Of a stretch of DNA of 64,000 bases, positions 56,911 through 64,000 are shown one piece after another (position 1 is the first letter of the stretch; the number at the start of each line of letters is the position of its first letter). The stretch comes from a virus. A program made the translations under genes and the position numbers. The notes beneath the pieces are model-generated. The model was not told the DNA's origin, did not search any database, and saw nothing but the letters and a program-made list of their open reading frames with translations. The DNA is taken from IMG/VR virus record IMGVR_UViG_3300036863_000049, positions 4,640 to 68,639 of that record; one strand, written 5' to 3'.

Positions 56911-57123
56911 ATGAAACGAACGAACATCAACCTATCCGACGATGGCCAGCGGGCTATACTGGTCATCCGCGAGCGTTATGGCTTAACGAGTGACACGGCG
57001 GCGATCCATTTTGCGCTGCGGGAAGTCTCGCGGCAAATCGAGATAGAATATCTCAAGCGAAACATCGCCGCCCAGCGCGGCGGCACGAAAGGATACGAGG
57101 ATGAACATTCGACAAGCACTTGA
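56911..57123 (+). CDS. Ribbon-helix-helix regulator
   Basis: MKRTNINLSDD...IRERYGLTSDTAAIHFAL. Confidence 0.7.
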   Translation: MKRTNINLSDDGQRAILVIRERYGLTSDTAAIHFALREVSRQIEIEYLKRNIAAQRGGTKGYEDEHSTST

Positions 57124-57340
57124 GGGGCTAGACGGCTCGAACGTTGCGGCGCTGTCCTACTCACCAGGCTACACCGCCTATGCGAGCGAAGATGCCGAGC
57201 CGGGTGTGTACTTCGTCACGTTCTGTCGTGGCGAGATGCCGCCGCACAAGACCGAGCGCTTTGCCGATAGCGCTGCGATGACTGCATACCTGGAGGCGGA
57301 AGGACTAGTCGATGGATGGGAACTCCAAGAAGCCGAGTAG
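57101..57340 (+). CDS. Hypothetical protein
   Basis: Overlaps the RHH stop. Confidence 0.5.
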   Translation: MNIRQALEGLDGSNVAALSYSPGYTAYASEDAEPGVYFVTFCRGEMPPHKTERFADSAAMTAYLEAEGLVDGWELQEAE

Positions 57341-57351
57341 CGGTCTGTCCA

Positions 57352-57924
57352 ATGGCATCGCAACAAAAAGCACACAAGACAAGGCATGAACGTAAGCTCA
57401 TCATGTTTGAGCCGGGCGTTGTCTATCTTGCCTACGGTGAAAACTGCTACGTGCGCCCAGAGCTTTATCATGTCCACCATGCCTACAAGATCGGGGCAAC
57501 GCGCAAGCTGCCGGGGGTGCGTATCCGTTCTGCATGGTCCAGTGGATGGGAGTTTCGGCGCAATATCCGGCTCCTTCACACCATCCAGGTAGACAATATG
57601 CGAGTTGTGGAGATGATGTTTCACATGCGTTTTGCCGATCGATCGGCTGTGCCAATGCAGCCCTGGCGTGAGTGGTTTGTGATCGATGATAATGTGCCGC
57701 TGATTTGTTCATATCAGTCGATCAATGTAGCCGCTGCACTCACCGATCTGTCTGGCGATGGTGCTTCGTGCGACTGGTGGCGGAGCATGACCATCAAAGA
57801 CCGCCGTAAAGTAACCCTGTCACTTTGGCAGCATCCCGCGTTGCATGTGGTCTGTTCGGCGGTCGGTAACAAAGTGCCCGGTAACATCAAAATACGCACA
57901 AAAAATACAATACAGGAGGACTGA
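57352..57924 (+). CDS. GIY-YIG/T5orf172-like protein
   Basis: GVVYLA...YKIGAT...R...VEMMFHMRF...REWF. Confidence 0.65.
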   Translation: MASQQKAHKTRHERKLIMFEPGVVYLAYGENCYVRPELYHVHHAYKIGATRKLPGVRIRSAWSSGWEFRRNIRLLHTIQVDNMRVVEMMFHMRFADRSAVPMQPWREWFVIDDNVPLICSYQSINVAAALTDLSGDGASCDWWRSMTIKDRRKVTLSLWQHPALHVVCSAVGNKVPGNIKIRTKNTIQED

Positions 57925-58045
57925 TACCGCGTCTGAATGGGATAGGACGGGCAGCAGCGGTCATTCGTCTGCTGTTTCGTAAACAGCAGGTCAAGAGTTC
58001 AAGTCTCTTCACCGGCTCCACGTAATTCCCCATTCAGACGCGGTA
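57925..58045 (+). other. Phage attP: 3' half of tRNA-Thr(CGT) flanked by a 17-bp inverted repeat
   Basis: 57971-58020: GCTGT-TTCGTAA-ACAGC anticodon arm, T-arm AAGAG-TTCAAGT-CTCTT, CACCGGCTCCA; no 5' half. Confidence 0.85.
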
Positions 58046-58121
58046 CAGAGTAATCTCTGTACTGCGTCTTTTCGTGCCTGGTCTGTTCAATGGTCTGTTC
58101 GCGACCGAAAAGGAGACAATG

Positions 58122-58319
58122 ATGTACCTCGTTGTTGTAGCTACAAGCATCATGTTCGGAGAGATGTCGGTACTTGGCAGGCACAAAGAGCGGAGTGCTG
58201 CAATAGAGCAGATGCGCGACTTTGTAGACGAACACCCCGAACAGCGCACGAGCGTGGCCGTTGTAGAGGTCGTGGCAACGTGGAGCGGTACACGCTGGTC
58301 TTGGGAACTGGAAGCCTAG
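58122..58319 (+). CDS. Hypothetical protein
   Basis: RBS AAGGAG. Confidence 0.5.
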   Translation: MYLVVVATSIMFGEMSVLGRHKERSAAIEQMRDFVDEHPEQRTSVAVVEVVATWSGTRWSWELEA

Positions 58320-58368
58320 CCCACCACCACCCGCCCGCGCCAGCTGCGCGAGAATGAGGAGAATGGGG

Positions 58369-58671
58369 ATGACAAATGAGCAATTCCCGCAGAATAACGA
58401 AGAGCGTGTCGAATGGCTGCGCTCGCGTGGGTCAAGCCTCATGCTGAGTTGGGGCGAAGATACCGGGTTGTGGGAAGTATCTTGGATCACAGGCGGCAAA
58501 CGGTACAGTCATACGTCAAACGATCTCGGGCGAGCACTTTTCCAGGTGTACCGATACGCCGGAACGGATACGTCACTAGAGACCGAGCGCGCTATGCTGT
58601 ATGCTGTTGAAGAACCCACTCGCGCGCAGTGGGAACGCCTGCACGAATTGGACATAATGCTAGGGTACTAA
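58369..58671 (+). CDS. Hypothetical protein
   Basis: Preceded by a repeated leader. Confidence 0.5.
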   Translation: MTNEQFPQNNEERVEWLRSRGSSLMLSWGEDTGLWEVSWITGGKRYSHTSNDLGRALFQVYRYAGTDTSLETERAMLYAVEEPTRAQWERLHELDIMLGY

Positions 58672-58719
58672 CACCACCACCGCCCGCGCCGACTGCGCGC
58701 GAGATGAGGAGAGAGAACG

Positions 58720-58986
58720 ATGGAAGAAGTCCAGATGGCAATCGAAACGGAGTGCGCGAACTGCGGCGTCGTAGGGCAATGCTACAACGACGGCGAAGCA
58801 TACATCTGCTTCAATCGTGAGATGTGCAAGAAGAATCAGCGCATAGGTGAGCTAGAGGCACGCGAGCGGCGGCTGCGCGAGGCGTGTAAGACGGCTATCG
58901 AGATGGACTGGCATGGTATCGGCGCACCACATGTCTATGAGCAGCTACGCGCCGCGCTCGCGCCCGAAGAGGAGCCGCCCGCATAA
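58720..58986 (+). CDS. Small zinc-finger/coiled-coil protein
   Basis: CANCG...C....C; followed by a perfect hairpin at 58994-59025. Confidence 0.5.
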   Translation: MEEVQMAIETECANCGVVGQCYNDGEAYICFNREMCKKNQRIGELEARERRLREACKTAIEMDWHGIGAPHVYEQLRAALAPEEEPPA

Positions 58987-59088
58987 TCGATAGCGTCACG
59001 CCGGTGTGCAACCACCGGCGTGACGGGTGCCCCCGCAGACTAGTGCGGCGACGTGGGCATGCTACCACGCCCCGCAGGGAGCAACAAC

Positions 59089-59331
59089 ATGTCTCTCAGA
59101 GACCAGATCGCAGATCGCGTGAAGGACGGATGGACGAACCGCGAGATCGCCCGCGAGTTGGGCATCGCCCGGCAGACGGTTGACAACCACATCAGCGAGT
59201 TGTATGGGGAGGCCGGTATCAGCGGCAACCGGCGCGGCGGGCGCGTCCTCAAGTCCGGCGATCTCGCCGGCCCGCGCCGCAGTCTGATACACTGGCTACT
59301 CGGTGACTTCGATGACGATACGTTAGGGTGA
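59089..59331 (+). CDS. LuxR-type HTH protein
   Basis: GWTNREIARELGIARQTVDNHISELY. Confidence 0.8.
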   Translation: MSLRDQIADRVKDGWTNREIARELGIARQTVDNHISELYGEAGISGNRRGGRVLKSGDLAGPRRSLIHWLLGDFDDDTLG

Positions 59332-59399
59332 AGGAGGAGCGATGCAAATCAACGAAACACAGGCAGCGATGCTGATCATGAACTTCGGGCGGCGCGGTG

Positions 59400-59691
59400 G
59401 GATGCTCAGTCATCGAAGTGACACTCCGCGCGGGCTAAAGCCCGACGGCTTCTTGGGCTACGCATACGGCAACCCGCTACGTTATCGCCCAAAGGCTGTG
59501 TCCCAGCCCAGAGGTTGGTGCTGTGGCCTTGAAATGTACTTGCCTGTGCCGGCTCTCAGGTGGGCCTCTTCCGCCTCACCAGTACGCCACGTGACCATGA
59601 GCTTTTTACCTGGCAGTGGATTACCTGCCAGAACGCCCAAAACTCAGTTGTTGATGTGCAATCAGCCGAGAGGCTGAGGGTGCGAACACCT
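59400..59691 (-). ncRNA. Putative TnpB omegaRNA-like transcript
   Basis: TAGACA-17-TATACT promoter (59726-59698) reading through several hairpins to the right end and flank. Confidence 0.55.
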
Positions 59692-59809
59692 GAGCTAAGT
59701 ATAGCAGAAGAGGCGCGATATGTCTAGTCTAGAAGCGGTTAAAACCACCCAAGAAACCCGCCTAACCGCAGGGGTTGAAAGCCCCACGGCTTGCGGCTTC
59801 TTCCGCTCG
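59418..59809 (-). mobile_element. Non-autonomous IS200/IS605 element (392 bp)
   Basis: Subterminal hairpins; left guide CAAG with target TGAC, right guide GAAG with end TCAC; no tnpA/tnpB. Confidence 0.8.
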
Positions 59810-60066
59810 GTCATGGCGCCGCCCGAGGTGCTCTACGTGCTCGTCCGCCTGCTCACGTCGCGAGGGATCGACATGACCCGCCAGCGCGAGATCGCGCGAA
59901 TGGCGCATACCTTTGACCGGCGTGCGGCGCTGTGGCTGGGGAGCGCGGATGCGGAGACGTACCGGGCCACCGTCGAAGAGGCGCGGCAGATAGCAGCAGA
60001 ACGTTGAGGCGCTTCCTGAAAGACATGACCCGAAGAGGGCGCAATATTACTGAGGAGAAACAGGAG

Positions 60067-60519
60067 ATGCAACCATCGCACGTGAGATCCACGCCCATAT
60101 CGAGCGCGCCACCGCGCCGGCAGGGGATGACCGTTTACAAGGCCGTCGCTGTCGCGCTGTGGCTCGCAGGCGCCTGGACAACCTACCTGCTCATTGCACG
60201 GATGGTAGTTGACCAGGTGTGGTATATTAGTACTATCGAAGCGATAATTGTTCAAGGGTTTTTAACCACCCTTGAATCTCCAGTGTGGCGCGGGCGGCCG
60301 GGACCAGTAAACGTTGTCGCCGTGGTGATTGATACACTGGCAAACGCAGGCGGCATCTTTCCGTTTACTGAACGCATTGGCGGGACGCCGCCCGCGCAAA
60401 TGTTCGTTCAGGCATTCCGCCTCGATCCGAACATCTCGCCCGTCGTCGCCGTCGTCTTTGCGCTCCTGATCGGCTACGTTCTGGCAGCAGGCCCGGAGGC
60501 AATTTGGCGGTGGGAATGA
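60067..60519 (+). CDS. Four-TM membrane protein
   Basis: Homologue of 14882-15358. Confidence 0.65.
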   Translation: MQPSHVRSTPISSAPPRRQGMTVYKAVAVALWLAGAWTTYLLIARMVVDQVWYISTIEAIIVQGFLTTLESPVWRGRPGPVNVVAVVIDTLANAGGIFPFTERIGGTPPAQMFVQAFRLDPNISPVVAVVFALLIGYVLAAGPEAIWRWE

Positions 60520-60839
60520 AACTCACATTTGAGGATGCTCAACAAATCCGACAACTGCGCCAGCAGGGACAGAGCTTAATCGAACTTGGTGCGCGTTATG
60601 GGGTATCTATCAGCACTATTAGTCTGATTGTCAATAACAAACGGTGGGTGAGACCGATTCCTGTGCCTCGCGCGCAGCCCGCTCGCCCACGCATCATGCG
60701 GGCAACTGGTATCACTCTGCCATCTCAATTCCTCAAGAAAGTAGATGCACAAGCGCAAGTCGAGGGCATGAATCGTTCGGCCTACATCGCGAAGGCTGTA
60801 ACATGGTTTTTAGATCGTGAAGCAGCGCGGGGTGAATAA
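60516..60839 (+). CDS. HTH + RHH regulator
   Basis: ELGARYGVSISTISLIV; ITLPSQFLKKVD...MNRSAYI. Confidence 0.65.
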   Translation: MKLTFEDAQQIRQLRQQGQSLIELGARYGVSISTISLIVNNKRWVRPIPVPRAQPARPRIMRATGITLPSQFLKKVDAQAQVEGMNRSAYIAKAVTWFLDREAARGE

Positions 60840-61339
60840 TGACCGACTTGTTTAACCGGCTGGACTTCTGGATCTCGCTCATCGGCGCGGGGTTGGTTGT
60901 CTATTTGTGGGGGCGGCGCTGGTGGCGCCGCTTCACCGCGTCAGGCGATCAGCACCGAGAACCGACCGTGCAACGGTACTATTATCCTGAGCCGACACCC
61001 CCGCTTGCCAGTCCACGGCCTGAGCCGCGCCCACCGGTTCCACAGCCTCAGTACCAGAACGAACCGAACCAGTCCGTTAATTTTGATGCCGTCCTTGCCT
61101 GGGTTCTTGACAATAACTTGACCGACGAACAGGGGATTGCATTGATCGCCGCCGCCCACCGTTTGCCGGGTGACTACTTCCTCTCGGCAAACAAGATCCG
61201 CGATGGCGTCGGCGGCTCACGTGACGAGGTGCTCGCTCAAGTCGCCGCCCTTCGTCCAAGACCGCCCGCGAAGAAAATCGAGGCGCATCTCGATCGGCCT
61301 GCGAATGGGTGGGGAGGGGCTGTAAAGAATAAGCCCTAA
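60839..61339 (+). CDS. Membrane-anchored HTH protein
   Basis: TM, Pro linker, SANKIRDGVGGSRDEVLA; homologue of 14402-14866. Confidence 0.65.
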   Translation: MTDLFNRLDFWISLIGAGLVVYLWGRRWWRRFTASGDQHREPTVQRYYYPEPTPPLASPRPEPRPPVPQPQYQNEPNQSVNFDAVLAWVLDNNLTDEQGIALIAAAHRLPGDYFLSANKIRDGVGGSRDEVLAQVAALRPRPPAKKIEAHLDRPANGWGGAVKNKP

Positions 61340-62099
61340 AATCACAGTTCTATGGGGCGTTTTATGGCATTAGCAAAGGGCGGCTTTACCATAACACTTT
61401 ACACCGATATTTTAGCCCGTTTTACAGTTCGTTTTGAACGGGCGTTCTTGGCTTTAAATATGCGCTAAACCAGCGATCGGGGTGCGAGTGCTTGCGCGCT
61501 GAGGCGTAGCGGTACAGGCAAAGCGAGGGTTTCGTGGCGCCCGGGGCGTTTGGCGCGGCTTCTTGCGGCTATTCTATACGGCGGTCGTCCAAAAGCATAG
61601 GACACTGGCTGTCCGAACGCTACTCCGCTGCCAGAGATGCCGACTCGCGCCCGGCCCGCCGATCTATGACACACCGCACAATCAGAAAAAACCTGACAAC
61701 TCCTATGCTTTTTCCGCCATTCGGTAGTACCCGGTTCCTATTGCCACTAGCTGGCGTTTGTGCTACGATCACCCTAGCCCACCCGATCGCCTTCAAGCCA
61801 AGCTGCTGATCAGGCCACTGCCCAATCCTGCCCACATCCATCCTCTCGGCGACGGGCGGGCGCCATCATCGCGGCGACGGGCCTAAAGCCCGCCTGCTGC
61901 GACCAGGCTCCGAGCTACGGCTTCCTGGCAGGACTCCCCGTGGCAAGGAGCCGCCAGTCCACGCGCCCGCTCGAACGGATGGCGATTGGAACTGATTGAG
62001 AGGAGCTGATGCGATGCTCCGAACCTTCCGATCTGCAACTAGTGGCAACATCCCCCAGCCGCAGGAGTGGCTGGGGGATTATTTGTTGGGAGGTGTGCG

Positions 62100-62351
62100 A
62101 TGCAGCCGCTTGACCGTATCCGCCAGATCCAGGCGAACTATGATGACTTCTGCTACGGCTCATCCGAGGAGTACCGTCAGGCGCTGCCGATGGCGCTGCG
62201 TGATCTGGCGCTGGGCATTGCCTTTATGACGGCGACGGCGGAGTTCTGCACCGACGATACGCTCAAGGCGATTATGAGTAGAACTGAGGCGCTCCTCGCG
62301 GCGGGGCGGGTCATTGCGCGGTCGGAGCTGCGGCAACAGGCGGTAGGCTAG
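62100..62351 (+). CDS. Hypothetical protein
   Basis: RBS GGAGG. Confidence 0.5.
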   Translation: MQPLDRIRQIQANYDDFCYGSSEEYRQALPMALRDLALGIAFMTATAEFCTDDTLKAIMSRTEALLAAGRVIARSELRQQAVG

Positions 62352-62707
62352 CGATCCACCCAGCTCGCCAGCGGCTGCACGATACCGTTCTTATTCAGCG
62401 CCCCGGCCTTCCAGAGCACGACCATAAACAGCGCCCTGAGCTGAACTGCCGTGAGTTGGTCTGCTGCGACCCCTACCGCGCTCTGCGCGACGGTGAGCAC
62501 CTGCGTTCGGAGCGCCGCGGCGTCGGTGCGCTCTTGCTCGTGCGCGGCGAGCACAAGCTGCTCAGCAGGCCAATCGGCAAGCAGGCACGAGCGCACGACC
62601 AGCCCGTCGCGGAACAGCATATGCACCGTGCTGTCGTCGGCGGTGGCCTGGCGCGCTATGCCGTCCTGGGCTACCAGATCGGCGATTGATTGTGGGAGTA
62701 GGGGCAT
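62348..62707 (-). CDS. Putative tail fibre assembly protein
   Basis: Last gene of the tail operon. Confidence 0.45.
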   Translation of the reverse strand: MPLLPQSIADLVAQDGIARQATADDSTVHMLFRDGLVVRSCLLADWPAEQLVLAAHEQERTDAAALRTQVLTVAQSAVGVAADQLTAVQLRALFMVVLWKAGALNKNGIVQPLASWVDR

Positions 62708-62710
62708 AGC

Positions 62711-63175
62711 CTATCCTGTAAAATAGACCATCGTATAGCGGATCGTCCCGGCCGCCTCGATGTTCAGTTCGGTCGTACCTGCGTTCGTGGCCGGGCTGGC
62801 GAGCTGCCCTTTGTCTACGGCGCCGTCCAGCAGCCCCTCAATCGAGCCGTTCGCAAATGTAACATTGCTTGTCTCTTGCGCGTAGCTAAAGCGCATCCCG
62901 CTCGTGACCGGGAACGGAAGCCCGCCGAGTCGAACCTGGCCTGTGCCGGTCGCCGCCGTCCATGTGATATCGGCTTGCGCGATAACGACCCGCCCTAGTC
63001 GTGCATACGCGCCCTGCTGTGTGGTATAGGTCGTCGCGCCCGCCGTCGTGCTGCCCTCATAGGTCGGCGTGAAGGCAGTCGGCGGCTCATCCCAGATGCT
63101 CGCGCGCAGAAACCACGCCGAGAGATACGGCACGAGGCGCGCGATCAGCCGTTGAAGTTGCAAATCGTCGCTCAT
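62711..63175 (-). CDS. Short tail fibre/receptor-binding-like protein
   Basis: FTPTYEGSTTAGATTYTTQQGAYARLGR...GLPF; coupled to the hub stop. Confidence 0.6.
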   Translation of the reverse strand: MSDDLQLQRLIARLVPYLSAWFLRASIWDEPPTAFTPTYEGSTTAGATTYTTQQGAYARLGRVVIAQADITWTAATGTGQVRLGGLPFPVTSGMRFSYAQETSNVTFANGSIEGLLDGAVDKGQLASPATNAGTTELNIEAAGTIRYTMVYFTG

Positions 63176-64000
63176 CCGCTCAGCCTTGCTAGCAACAGAT
63201 CCACCGAGTCACTCGCCGCAGGCTCCAGCGTCACGCCGATCCGATCGCCTGAGACTGAGCACGTCACCCGTTCAACATACTGGCGCGTCGCCGCGTCATA
63301 CGCCGTTCCGACCGGGCCGGCGTCGAGCATCCCGATCTCCTGGTACATCGTGTCGGGCCGCACATCCCACGGTGGAATAAGCGCGCCGGCCGGCGTGTAG
63401 ACTTCGTGGCTACCCAGCGGTGAAAGATAGGCGATCGTACTCGGCGTTGCGCCCGCCCACTTGCGGAAGGTGAGTTGTCGATTCTCCAGGCACATGAGTA
63501 CCCAGCGATCGGCGCCGTCACCCTGGCTCACCAGCGTCTCGATCTTATCCTGGTATGGCGTGAGTGGTGCGATATACTCCGTATCACTTACCCCCGTTGT
63601 TCCGATCTGTGCCGTTGACGTGCTGAGGAATGCGTTCGTCACGCCAATGCCGACACCGGACGCTGCGATGAGTGCGCCGATCTGCGTATTCGTCGCCGTA
63701 ACCGTCGTGCTGGTGCGACTGGTGAGCACCCATCCGAGTGTCGCGTACCAGCCGCGAAACAGCAGATCAACCATCACATCCCCACTCGCGCCGGTCACGA
63801 TCTCGGTACTCGGCGTCTGCGGCGGATTTTTGTACTTCGCCAGCACTTGCGTGGCCGCGTTCGTCGCCCCCGTGCTGGATGAGCCGCCGAGCGCGACGAC
63901 GAGCTGCTTTGTCCCATAGGTCGCGATGCTCGAGGCGTCACTAACAACGCTCGCAGTCGTTCCAATGCCCTGATCATCTGAGTAGCGCGGGCGAATGGAG
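63172..64000 (-). CDS. Tail-tip hub protein, third allele (5' end beyond window)
   Basis: Colinear with 2769-3597, with scattered substitutions and identical tracts. Confidence 0.75.
   Translation of the reverse strand, partial: SIRPRYSDDQGIGTTASVVSDASSIATYGTKQLVVALGGSSSTGATNAATQVLAKYKNPPQTPSTEIVTGASGDVMVDLLFRGWYATLGWVLTSRTSTTVTATNTQIGALIAASGVGIGVTNAFLSTSTAQIGTTGVSDTEYIAPLTPYQDKIETLVSQGDGADRWVLMCLENRQLTFRKWAGATPSTIAYLSPLGSHEVYTPAGALIPPWDVRPDTMYQEIGMLDAGPVGTAYDAATRQYVERVTCSVSGDRIGVTLEPAASDSVDLLLARLSG

Larger units (their letters stand above)
59342..60007 (+). pseudogene. Small gene interrupted by a MITE
   Basis: 5' part MQINETQ...SHR and 3' part VMAPPEVL...AAER both have GC3-rich codons and flank the insertion. 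Confidence 0.6.
19180..63876. mobile_element. Temperate siphovirus (putative helper), 44,697-bp unit
   Basis: Full head, tail, packaging, lysis, immunity, replication and integration modules; hub gene recurs at offset 44697. Confidence 0.85.

Noticed and set aside
57960-58020. Functional tRNA-Thr gene
   Set aside because: The acceptor 5' strand and D-arm are missing; it is better explained as the attP core.
59418-59809. Self-splicing IStron
   Set aside because: The element is antisense to the interrupted gene and no group I core was recognised.
2769-64000. Diversity-generating retroelement behind the three hub alleles
   Set aside because: No reverse transcriptase in the window, and differences are not adenine-specific; many are third-position changes.

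Overview
High-GC, entirely viral/mobile window with no host housekeeping genes. It reads as two circular elements joined end to end. (1) A 15,706-bp phage-satellite-like unit (1-15706, starting again at 15707 with an exact repeat to 19338). It has xis, a tyrosine integrase, a putative intact attP, a primase-VirE helicase with internal iterons, regulators, a TerS-like HTH and a type II toxin-antitoxin pair. It has no capsid, portal, TerL, tail tube, tape measure or lysis genes, yet it carries its own diverged copies of the helper's distal-tail (Dit-like), hub-like and head-region proteins. (2) A complete temperate siphovirus with a 44,697-bp unit length (about 19180-63876): tail, head, terminase, an unusual fibre/SGNH-esterase cluster, lysis, cI/cro, Sak, O-like initiator, DnaB, methylase, xis/int and an attP containing the 3' half of tRNA-Thr(CGT). 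The two are fused within a 159-bp tract of the shared hub gene, which is either a real cointegrate or an assembly chimera. Other highlights: an attP-spanning ORF that would translationally couple integrase to primase; a 392-bp IS200/IS605 MITE retaining a promoter and a TnpB omegaRNA-like RNA; a -1 tail-chaperone frameshift; a probable portal-MuF +1 junction. The host is inferred, not shown, to be Chloroflexota. All family calls come from motif recognition by eye; no searches were run.
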